DNA of 64,000 bases, taken from IMG/VR virus record IMGVR_UViG_3300044614_001923. The stretch is one strand, 5' to 3'. The translations under genes and the position numbers were made by a program. Below, one piece after another: positions 27,901 to 35,074 of this stretch; position 1 is the first letter of the stretch; the number at the start of each line of letters is the position of its first letter. The notes beneath the pieces are model-generated. The model ran no database searches. It was not told the origin of the DNA and saw only the letters and a list, made by a program, of their open reading frames with translations. This DNA comes from a virus (taxonomy: Duplodnaviria; Caudoviricetes).

Positions 27901-28045
27901 CAGGCTCGCCACCAATTCTTTGGCTGGAAATTGGAAACCAGGCGGGAGAGAGTCCCATCCGCACCACTTGCTTTTTAATGGAAAAGCAAGAAACCAAAAT
28001 GAGGGTCAAATTGACTCCACCACTTAGTTTTAAGAAACTAAGAAA
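27901..28045 (-). ncRNA. Tandem structured RNA modules, wcaG-motif-like
   Basis: Three repeats of TTTC-hairpin-(G/T)TGG(TG/CG); directly upstream of a WcaG-family epimerase. Name recalled from memory. Confidence 0.5.
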
Positions 28046-28257
28046 AGTTGGGATAACTTTGATATTTCGGAGATACCAAAGAATGCACATAAGAATAATA
28101 CATCCCAAAGTTTAAGTTTAATAGCAAAAGGAACTGTGAGTAACCCCCCAACAACTTTTATCATTAAACCATATTTAAATTCTCCCCATAACATAGTTTG
28201 ATACCCTATCATAAGGAGAATATTTCCAATCCACCTAAGCAAATCGGTTTTAGACAT
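28030..28257 (-). CDS. Small membrane protein (75 aa)
   Basis: Hydrophobic ORF, 2-3 TM segments. Confidence 0.65.
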   Translation of the reverse strand: MSKTDLLRWIGNILLMIGYQTMLWGEFKYGLMIKVVGGLLTVPFAIKLKLWDVLFLCAFFGISEISKLSQLFLVS

Positions 28258-28305
28258 AAGGGGTTTTGCTCCCGACCAGTGCTGTTAAAGTCCATCCGTG
28301 ACTAT

Positions 28306-28545
28306 TTACTCATCATCATCCTTTACATAACAAGGAACACGATCTGGATCTAACCATTTCGCATATTCAATGTCTTCCATAGCAAGAGAACATTGCATTA
28401 CATTATCAAAAAGATAAATGTCATTCCAGCGTTTTGTATATTCGTTTTGTTTTTGCATTCGATAATCGGGTTTACCGTTTATCTCCAAAATACCTGCTTC
28501 TACAAAACGATATCCTTCACGTTCAAGAAGAACTTTGGTTTTCAT
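28306..28545 (-). CDS. Conserved cyanophage hypothetical protein
   Basis: 79 aa; ATGA overlap. Confidence 0.7.
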   Translation of the reverse strand: MKTKVLLEREGYRFVEAGILEINGKPDYRMQKQNEYTKRWNDIYLFDNVMQCSLAMEDIEYAKWLDPDRVPCYVKDDDE

Positions 28546-28757
28546 GCAACCTCAACGGATTGAAGATCAGAAAGAACATAGTCCATAAGCATTTCGTAAT
28601 CATCAAGAGGATCACCAGAAAATACTACACCTTCATTCTCATAAAACCGACGAACTTTCTTATAGAGTTTTGGGTTTTTTACATCAAGATAAAAATCCCC
28701 ATTTGCTGCGCCGCGGAGAGTCTGAACGTCTTTCTTGAATTTTGCTGTAAGAGTCAT
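28542..28757 (-). CDS. Conserved cyanophage hypothetical protein
   Basis: MTLTAKFKKD...YLDVKNPKLYKKV; start set at the internal Met. Confidence 0.7.
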   Translation of the reverse strand: MTLTAKFKKDVQTLRGAANGDFYLDVKNPKLYKKVRRFYENEGVVFSGDPLDDYEMLMDYVLSDLQSVEVA

Positions 28758-28832
28758 TGTTTTGAATGTTGACCTTGTTATTATAAAAGTTTGACTTAAA
28801 GAAGTCAAGTAGGACAGTTTCACATCTGCCCA

Positions 28833-28905
28833 TGCTCCTTGCGTGGATCGAACACGCCTCAGGCGAATTATGAGTTCGCTGCATTCACCAGATTGCTAAA
28901 GGAGC
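28833..28905 (-). tRNA. tRNA-CAT (elongator Met or lysidine Ile2)
   Basis: Cloverleaf; GCGAA-CTCATAA-TTCGC; G1-C72 pair. Confidence 0.88.
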
Positions 28906-28908
28906 AAG

Positions 28909-28980
28909 TAGGACTGCGGGGAATTGAACCCCGTTCACACCGTTATAAGCAGTGGGCCTTAACCAATAGGCGACAGTCCC
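28909..28980 (-). tRNA. trnI: tRNA-Ile(TAT)
   Basis: CACTG-CTTATAA-CGGTG. Confidence 0.88.
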
Positions 28981-29023
28981 ATGAAGACAGATCAATTATA
29001 GGGGACCTGAAACCCTATGACAA

Positions 29024-29227
29024 TTAAGAACCTTCTTCGTGATCGGTGTGAATACGTATTATATCATCGTCTAAACCAGCACCTTTGAATATTTGTGACA
29101 CTTCTTTATATGGCATCATAACTGCATTTCCATATTCACTAGTAATCATAAAAGATTCTCCGTTTTCTACTCTTTCCATTAGATTATCAAAATCTGATTG
29201 AAATTGTTCTACAGTAAATGATTTCAT
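29024..29227 (-). CDS. Phd/YefM antitoxin-like protein
   Basis: FTVEQFQSDFDNLMERVENGESFMIT pattern. Confidence 0.55.
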   Translation of the reverse strand: MKSFTVEQFQSDFDNLMERVENGESFMITSEYGNAVMMPYKEVSQIFKGAGLDDDIIRIHTDHEEGS

Positions 29228-29260
29228 GATTAAATTAAAAAAATTGATATTAAATAAAAG

Positions 29261-29334
29261 TCGGAGTGATAGGATTTGAACCTACGACCGCCCGCTCCCA
29301 AAGCGGATGCGCTACCAAACTGCGCTACACTCCG
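29261..29334 (-). tRNA. trnP: tRNA-Pro(TGG)
   Basis: TCCGC-TTTGGGA-GCGGG. Confidence 0.95.
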
Positions 29335-29603
29335 TTACTAGAATTTTTAATTATAAGTTCTGGGGAATTTGCATTTGCTTCCTCAAGCAAAAATTTTTTA
29401 ACATCATCAAACTTAAAATAAGTTTTTATGATGTCTTTAAACTCTACGTACCAAACAACATCATCATCAGAAGCATCTTCCATTTCAGAAGGTGAATCTT
29501 TATGCTTAGGAACTGCCTCAATTACCATATGTGTATCAATACCGTGCTTTTCTTCAGCGGCAAGAATAACTTCCATGATTGGCAGATCTGCTAGACGAGT
29601 CAT
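29325..29603 (-). CDS. Hypothetical protein
   Basis: 92-aa ORF; stop region overlaps the tRNA-Pro 5' end. Confidence 0.6.
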   Translation of the reverse strand: MTRLADLPIMEVILAAEEKHGIDTHMVIEAVPKHKDSPSEMEDASDDDVVWYVEFKDIIKTYFKFDDVKKFLLEEANANSPELIIKNSSNGV

Positions 29604-29690
29604 TTGTTTGCTTTTGGAACTTAATTATTATAAGAGGGGTTCTTGAAAAAGTCAACCCCCCCCCTCTTATGTGATGTTATATTTATTAAC

Positions 29691-30713
29691 CTATCTAACG
29701 TGGTGTCCACCAAACATATAACGCATTCCGTTCAAGATTTTTGCTCCGAACGATCCGAGATTGCGTGAGTTAAATCTTTCAAATAGTGCAGTAGTAATAA
29801 CAGGAGCGGGAACCCCCAAGTCCACAGCGGCAGAAACAGTCCAACGACCCTCACCGCTGTCGGATACGCCTCCAGAGAACTGTTTAAGGCTACCATCCCT
29901 GCGTAGCACATCAGCAGTAAGATCGAGTAACCAAGACCCAACCACGCTACCACGACGCCATAGCTCAGCAACCTCAGCAACGTCAATGTCATAGCAATAG
30001 GATTCTGGATCTGCCATCGGGGCAACTTCTGCGTCACCTTCTCTAACATATTGGGCACCTGCGTTAGCATTCTTTAAAATATTGAAACCTTCGGCATATG
30101 CTTGCATAATACCATACTCAATACCATTATGCACCATCTTTACAAAGTGTCCTGCACCTGGACCGCCACAATGTAACCAACCATATTCGGCAGAAGTCAC
30201 ATCAGATGTTGGATCCGTTCTATGGCAGGAGTGAATATCTGGGGAGAGGGCGGAGAATATCTTTGAACAAGTGGTGACTGCAGTATTTCCACCTCCAACC
30301 ATAAGACAGTATCCACGATCCAAACCATAAACACCACCGCTAGTGCCACAATCAATATATTGGATACCCATTTTTGCCAGACGTTCTGCTCTCTTCCGAC
30401 TGTCTTTAAAATTGCTATTGCCATGATCAATAATAATATCTCCTTCACTACAATATCGTAGTAACTCATTGATTGTCTCCTCTACTGTTTCGGCAGGCAC
30501 AACCATTTGAAAAATGCCTGGTTGGTCATTTGTTTTAACTGCTTTAACAAGATTTTCAATTGTATCTTCTACACCAGAAACATATCCTTTTTCAAATGCT
30601 TCTTTTGCTTTTTCATAATTTCTACGATAACCCCAGACTTCAATACCTGATTTCATCATACGACGGGACATTCCTTCTCCCATGCGACCCAATCCAATTA
30701 ATCCAACTTTCAT
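29691..30713 (-). CDS. gnd: 6-phosphogluconate dehydrogenase
   Basis: GLIGLGRMG, IIDHGNS, DCGTSGG, GHFVKMVHNGIEYG. Confidence 0.96.
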   Translation of the reverse strand: MKVGLIGLGRMGEGMSRRMMKSGIEVWGYRRNYEKAKEAFEKGYVSGVEDTIENLVKAVKTNDQPGIFQMVVPAETVEETINELLRYCSEGDIIIDHGNSNFKDSRKRAERLAKMGIQYIDCGTSGGVYGLDRGYCLMVGGGNTAVTTCSKIFSALSPDIHSCHRTDPTSDVTSAEYGWLHCGGPGAGHFVKMVHNGIEYGIMQAYAEGFNILKNANAGAQYVREGDAEVAPMADPESYCYDIDVAEVAELWRRGSVVGSWLLDLTADVLRRDGSLKQFSGGVSDSGEGRWTVSAAVDLGVPAPVITTALFERFNSRNLGSFGAKILNGMRYMFGGHHVR

Positions 30714-30920
30714 TTAATACTCCCAAGATTCGTACTGTTGTCTAAAATAAACATCCACTTTATTCAAACTATCAAGATGAATATCGCATTTATAATTATG
30801 TTCATCACACCACTCTAATGCAAATGCATGAAATCTTTCTTCACTTTTGACTTTGTTTACTCCATAAATTCTAGCAAAAGAAGACATTACAAAATGCCAA
30901 CATTGATGCTCTGGTTTCAT
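30714..30920 (-). CDS. Hypothetical protein
   Basis: 68-aa ORF abutting gnd. Confidence 0.65.
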   Translation of the reverse strand: MKPEHQCWHFVMSSFARIYGVNKVKSEERFHAFALEWCDEHNYKCDIHLDSLNKVDVYFRQQYESWEY

Positions 30921-31116
30921 TGCGAATAAGCATGGTTAAGTCCCCATACTATAAAATATCCAATAAGACCAAAAATGGTTACACTTGATAAGATTAGTTT
31001 AATCATCCTCCTCGTCCTCGTAAGTTGATGGTTCCTCGAATAGTTCTTCCATTTTTTGTTGCAGAACCCTTTCTTGCAATCCTTTTAAATCTTCTTCTGT
31101 AAATCTAAACACCATA

Positions 31117-31323
31117 CTAATTTAGAGTAACATTAAGCCATGGAAATATTGGAGGAATTACTCCAATAAGTCTAAGAAGACCTTCAGCGAAAAGTGCAAG
31201 AACAACCCAACCAACACACATTGAAATAATCGCAGCATTACGATTGTGTTTGCGTATTGCATCATCAATCATCTCTTTGCATTCTTCCTGAGTGATTAGT
31301 CTTTCTGGGTTCGATTTGTTCAT
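31117..31323 (-). CDS. Conserved cyanophage/cyanobacterial small membrane protein
   Basis: EMIDDAIRKHNRNAAIISM...LFAEGLLRLIG. Confidence 0.7.
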   Translation of the reverse strand: MNKSNPERLITQEECKEMIDDAIRKHNRNAAIISMCVGWVVLALFAEGLLRLIGVIPPIFPWLNVTLN

Positions 31324-31455
31324 TTGGCAATTCATGAATTTTGGCGATACCAATAACGGGAAGCATAACAAGGGAAAATCCAAGAATTCCCAAACACACT
31401 TGATTATTTAATATTTCAACTACCAATTTAGCGATCATTATGATGATCTCCTGAC

Positions 31456-31722
31456 TTAATCTTCTGTGGTGAATTTATTTTCTAAACTATAAAGTCTTTT
31501 TTCCCAAGTATCTCCACCTTCTCTTCCTTTGCAAGGATTAATACAGGTAGAATCTCCATGTTTATTGCAAACAAGACCTGCAAGATCTAATTCAGATCCA
31601 TCCTTACTAACTCCTGTTCCTGTCCAAACGTGCTTACCATTTAACCAAACGGCGCCGCACTTTGGACATTCTTTTCTCTGTAAGGAGAGATCAGAAAGTT
31701 CTCTATCGGAATTTGATTGCAT
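31456..31722 (-). CDS. Cys-rich hypothetical protein
   Basis: ECPKCGAVW...DLAGLVCN...CINP. Confidence 0.7.
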   Translation of the reverse strand: MQSNSDRELSDLSLQRKECPKCGAVWLNGKHVWTGTGVSKDGSELDLAGLVCNKHGDSTCINPCKGREGGDTWEKRLYSLENKFTTED

Positions 31723-31841
31723 GAGATACCTCTATTTAAACTTTTGCATTTACGCCCAGTATATCTCATCTTCCACCAAATATATATTATCAATAACAAA
31801 TCTCAATATTAGATTGTTATGAGACGATAACATTTTTAAAA

Positions 31842-31925
31842 CGGAAAGGGTGGGATTCGAACCCACGGTGCTCATCACACGGCAGTTTTCAAGACTGCTG
31901 CCTTAAACCACTCGGCCACCTTTCC
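31842..31925 (-). tRNA. trnS: tRNA-Ser(TGA)
   Basis: GCAGT-CTTGAAA-ACTGC; long variable arm. Confidence 0.95.
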
Positions 31926-31943
31926 AATATTGGAGGTTGTTTA

Positions 31944-32189
31944 TTAACGAACCTCAAAGTCTAGTTTACGGACTTTACGTTGTCTTCTTGCCTCTTGCCA
32001 GGCAATATCTTGAGAAGTAAGAACATTTCTTTGTTCTTTCTGTGTAGAGTTTACCATAATTACTCTACTTAAGTCAAGAGCTGAAACACTATCACCCTTT
32101 ACAGTCATCATATTGTGACAACCACAAACCTGAATTTTATTCGTACTGGTCAACTCTTTGTTACAATCTTTACATCTTACTATAATCAT
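31944..32189 (-). CDS. Zn-ribbon hypothetical protein
   Basis: CKDC...CGC...RKVRKLDFEVR. Confidence 0.75.
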   Translation of the reverse strand: MIIVRCKDCNKELTSTNKIQVCGCHNMMTVKGDSVSALDLSRVIMVNSTQKEQRNVLTSQDIAWQEARRQRKVRKLDFEVR

Positions 32190-32204
32190 GATTCATAAAT
32201 CCTA

Positions 32205-32639
32205 TCATTGTGTAAACGATCTTAACATCCAAATAAATTTACCGTGCGCTTCATTTAAATCATCAACAAGGTTTATAGTTCCTTTTGATTTATTTGACTC
32301 TGCTTCATCTGATACTTGAGTCAAAAGTTCTACAATTTTCTGATGACCTTCTAATAGATCACGAATCATTCCCATAGTATCTAGCCCACTATTTGTCTCA
32401 GTAATATGAGAAACTTCAGTAATTCTAGAAAGAGTTGGAACTGGTTTTACATTCAAAAATCTCATATGTTCAGTGATTCGATCTACCTCATCAAACATTG
32501 CTTCATATTGTTCGCCAAACAAATCATGAAATTGTTTGAAATCTTCTCCAACTACATTCCAATGATATACCCAAGTCTTTTGAAAAAGTACAAAAAGACT
32601 TGCTTGAGTGTCGGAAAGTAATTTATATAGTGTTTCCAT
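32205..32639 (-). CDS. dps: Dps / ferritin-like DNA protection protein
   Basis: YHWNVVG..F..FHDLF, DRITEH, HGKFIWMLRS. Confidence 0.9.
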   Translation of the reverse strand: METLYKLLSDTQASLFVLFQKTWVYHWNVVGEDFKQFHDLFGEQYEAMFDEVDRITEHMRFLNVKPVPTLSRITEVSHITETNSGLDTMGMIRDLLEGHQKIVELLTQVSDEAESNKSKGTINLVDDLNEAHGKFIWMLRSFTQ

Positions 32640-32666
32640 TATACTTTTTTCAAGTATTTATACAAG

Positions 32667-32738
32667 TGGGCGATACTGGATTCGAACCAGTGACCATCTC
32701 CGTGTAAAGGAGGCACTCTACCGCTGAGTTAATCGCCC
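32667..32738 (-). tRNA. trnV: tRNA-Val(TAC)
   Basis: CCTCC-TTTACAC-GGAGA. Confidence 0.95.
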
Positions 32739-32739
32739 A

Positions 32740-32814
32740 TGCCCTCTGTCTAGGAATCGAACCCAGTTTCCATGTGTGTTATCCACCCGTCCTTACCAAT
32801 AGACTACCAGAGGG
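32740..32814 (-). ncRNA. tRNA-like element with non-canonical anticodon arm
   Basis: Acceptor CCCTCTG/CAGAGGG, D and T arms present; no regular 5-bp/7-nt anticodon arm. Confidence 0.6.
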
Positions 32815-32998
32815 AAAGGTGATGAGTGGCCATCACCAGCAGAAGACACTTTCTGCGAGAGAAAACACCAAACCTTATTTTTCCTGTTCTCAGGAAGGCA
32901 CCCAGATCAATGGGGTGGGAGACCTTGCAAGGGTTTATACCTCCAAAGTTTGTCCAGCATTTTCAATTTGAAAGAACCAGACATTTCTAGTCCTTCCA
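32815..32998 (-). ncRNA. ~185-nt structured RNA, manA-motif-like
   Basis: Non-coding gap after tRNA-Asn with several stems (CCTG..CAGG, GCAGAA..TTCTGC, GGTGATG..CATCACC). Name recalled from memory. Confidence 0.45.
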
Positions 32999-32999
32999 A

Positions 33000-33071
33000 C
33001 TCCACAACCTGGATTCGAACCAGGGACCAAGTGATTAACAGTCACCGACTCTACCGCTGAGCTATTGTGGA
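33000..33071 (-). tRNA. trnN: tRNA-Asn(GTT)
   Basis: GGTGA-CTGTTAA-TCACT. Confidence 0.95.
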
Positions 33072-33079
33072 ATGTTATA

Positions 33080-33283
33080 CTACTTAGAACTTACAAAATC
33101 ATTAATCGTTTCTGCTTGCTTAAGAACATCCCGTAGAGTTGGAAACTCTGGATAATCCATCTTCACAGTATTTGAAGAATTTGCATTCCAATAACGAGCA
33201 GTATCCGTTTCAATACTGAACTGATCATTTAGCATATTATATGCTTGCTTGAATATTTCAAAACGAAGTTCGTAAGGTGACAT
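33080..33283 (-). CDS. Conserved T4-like phage small protein
   Basis: MSPYELRFEIFKQA...YPEFPT..DVLKQAE.INDFVS. Confidence 0.75.
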   Translation of the reverse strand: MSPYELRFEIFKQAYNMLNDQFSIETDTARYWNANSSNTVKMDYPEFPTLRDVLKQAETINDFVSSK

Positions 33284-33328
33284 TTATTTACTCCTGTGTG
33301 TTTGTGTGTATGGAGATTAGTCTCCAAG

Positions 33329-33400
33329 AGCGGAATAGGGGATTCGAACCCCTGACGTTCAGCTTGGAAGGCTGACATTCTACCGCTGAATTAATTCCGC
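33329..33400 (-). tRNA. trnG: tRNA-Gly(TCC)
   Basis: TCAGC-CTTCCAA-GCTGA. Confidence 0.95.
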
Positions 33401-33510
33401 ATAGTCCTCTTGATTTGTGCTTCTATGAGAGGCATAAGAGGAGTAGGACTTACATGAAGTTTGGACCTTCACTGCCAATGATAATATTGTAACCTATGAT
33501 TGATCCCTTG

Positions 33511-33999
33511 TCAAGCCCCTTCACCAAATATAAATTCTTTCCATTCATGAACTCTACTTTTTTCAAGATCTAACATTACGCGACTAAAAGGTGCTTTTGG
33601 TTCACACTTTAGTTTCATATTAGTATCTTTTAAAGACTTATTGCCCTTTTTAACATTACATGTCATACAACATGCAACTAAGTTATCCCAGGTATCCTTT
33701 CCGCCTTTTGATCTTGGAATCACATGGTCTATTGTAAGATCATTTTTTGTTCCACAATACTGACATTCATGATCATCTCTTTTATATATCAAGGCACGAG
33801 ATGGATAAGTTTCCTTTTCGTTCATGAAAGGAAGTTTTACATAATTTACTAATTTAATTATTCTTTTTGAAATAATTTTTGCCTTTTCTTTAAAACAAAG
33901 AACTACGGCTCTTTTCCAATTTGTAAAGTGAAGAGGTTCATATGAACTATTGAGAACCAATATTGTTGAATAAGGTTCTATGTATTCCATACTAAACAC
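33511..33999 (-). CDS. HNH endonuclease (McrA-like)
   Basis: LVLNSSYEPL, CQYCG, LTIDHVIPRSKGG..TWDNLVACC..CN..KG. Confidence 0.9.
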   Translation of the reverse strand: MFSMEYIEPYSTILVLNSSYEPLHFTNWKRAVVLCFKEKAKIISKRIIKLVNYVKLPFMNEKETYPSRALIYKRDDHECQYCGTKNDLTIDHVIPRSKGGKDTWDNLVACCMTCNVKKGNKSLKDTNMKLKCEPKAPFSRVMLDLEKSRVHEWKEFIFGEGA

Positions 34000-34030
34000 C
34001 TATACATTTGTTATTTAGATTTTAATTATA

Positions 34031-34102
34031 CACCCTGAGGAGGATTTGAACCACCGTCTTATTCGTTCGTAGCGAAGCACTCTTCCACTGAGTTATCAGG
34101 GC
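34031..34102 (-). tRNA. trnR: tRNA-Arg(ACG)
   Basis: TTCG-CTACGAA-CGAA. Confidence 0.93.
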
Positions 34103-34107
34103 GTAGG

Positions 34108-34179
34108 CGAAGGATGAGGGACTTGAACCCCCACTAGCGGTTTTGGAGACCACCGTGCTACCAATTACACCAATCCAAC
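34108..34179 (-). tRNA. trnW: tRNA-Trp(CCA), two U-U mismatches in the acceptor stem
   Basis: GTGGT-CTCCAAA-ACCGC. Confidence 0.8.
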
Positions 34180-34183
34180 ATAG

Positions 34184-34257
34184 TATCCATGAGAGGACTC
34201 GAACCTCCAACAAATAAATCCTTAGTCTATTGCCTCTTCCAATTGGGCTACATGGAT
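34184..34257 (-). tRNA. trnL: tRNA with AAG anticodon (Leu), short variable arm
   Basis: ATAGA-CTAAGGA-TTTAT; variable region TTGTT. Confidence 0.75.
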
Positions 34258-34260
34258 ATA

Positions 34261-34331
34261 CTGGGTGACTAGGACTCGAACCTAGATAAACGCCTTCAAA
34301 GGGCGGTGTCCTACCATTAGACGATCTCCCA
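34261..34331 (-). tRNA. trnQ: tRNA-Gln(TTG)
   Basis: CCGCC-CTTTGAA-GGCGT. Confidence 0.92.
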
Positions 34332-34403
34332 AGCCCTCAATTGGATTTGAACCAACGACCTACTCATTACTAGTGAGTTGCTCTACCACTGAGCTATAAG
34401 GGC
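34332..34403 (-). tRNA. trnT: tRNA-Thr(AGT)
   Basis: ACTCA-CTAGTAA-TGAGT. Confidence 0.9.
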
Positions 34404-34405
34404 GG

Positions 34406-34476
34406 GGTGCCGTATGGGAATTGAACCCATCTAGTCGGTTCCACAAACCGATGCCTTACCACTAGGCTAACGACAC
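34406..34476 (-). tRNA. trnH: tRNA-His(GTG)
   Basis: TCGGT-TTGTGGA-ACCGA; C73. Confidence 0.92.
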
Positions 34477-34477
34477 A

Positions 34478-34549
34478 AGGCAGTGGGTAGAATTGAACTA
34501 CCGACATAGAGGGTATGAATCTCTTGTTCTACCACTGAACTACACTGCC
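34478..34549 (-). tRNA. trnM: tRNA-Met(CAT), elongator-like
   Basis: AGAGA-TTCATAC-CCTCT. Confidence 0.85.
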
Positions 34550-34552
34550 AAA

Positions 34553-34639
34553 CGGAAGATGTTGGATTCGAACCAACGGAAGGATTACTCCTTCGACGGT
34601 TTAGCAAACCGTTGCTTTAGACCTCTCAGCCAATCTTCC
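34553..34639 (-). tRNA. trnS: tRNA-Ser(GCT)
   Basis: ACGGT-TTGCTAA-ACCGT; long variable arm. Confidence 0.95.
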
Positions 34640-34643
34640 AAGG

Positions 34644-34715
34644 TGGAACCGACAAGATTTGAACTTGTGACCGCTCGGTTATCAGCCGAGTGCTCTACCG
34701 CTGAGCTACGGTTCC
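34644..34715 (-). tRNA. trnI: tRNA-Ile(GAT)
   Basis: CTCGG-CTGATAA-CCGAG. Confidence 0.95.
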
Positions 34716-34719
34716 AAAG

Positions 34720-34791
34720 TATTCCTAACGGGATTCGAACCCGTGCTGCCACCTTGAAAGGGTGGTGACCTAACCGCTAGTCGATAGGAAC
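34720..34791 (-). tRNA. trnE: tRNA-Glu(TTC)
   Basis: CCACC-CTTTCAA-GGTGG. Confidence 0.95.
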
Positions 34792-34839
34792 TTGATGCTA
34801 CAACCGCCAAGGAGGAACACTCCACAGGCAGCGTAGCAA

Positions 34840-34911
34840 CGACCCTAACGAGATTTGAACTCGTGATACCACCGTGACAGGGTGGCGTGATAACCGCTTC
34901 ACTATAGGGTC
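34840..34911 (-). tRNA. trnD: tRNA-Asp(GTC)
   Basis: CCACC-CTGTCAC-GGTGG. Confidence 0.95.
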
Positions 34912-34915
34912 AAGG

Positions 34916-34997
34916 TGGGAGGAACAGGATTTGAACCTGTGAAGGCAGAGCCGTCTGATTTACAGTCAGATTCCTTTAACCACTCGGAAATCCTCCC
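34916..34997 (-). tRNA. trnY: tRNA-Tyr(GTA)
   Basis: TCTGA-CTGTAAA-TCAGA; variable arm. Confidence 0.95.
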
Positions 34998-35001
34998 ACG
35001 A

Positions 35002-35074
35002 TGGGTCTGGTCGGACTCGAACCGACGACTTACAGGTTAAAAGCCCGCTACTCTACCAACTGAGTTACAGACCC
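35002..35074 (-). tRNA. trnK: tRNA-Lys(TTT)
   Basis: GCGGG-CTTTTAA-CCTGT. Confidence 0.95.

Noticed and set aside
29691-30713. gnd without zwf as an incomplete pathway
   Set aside because: Only part of the genome is visible; zwf may lie outside the window
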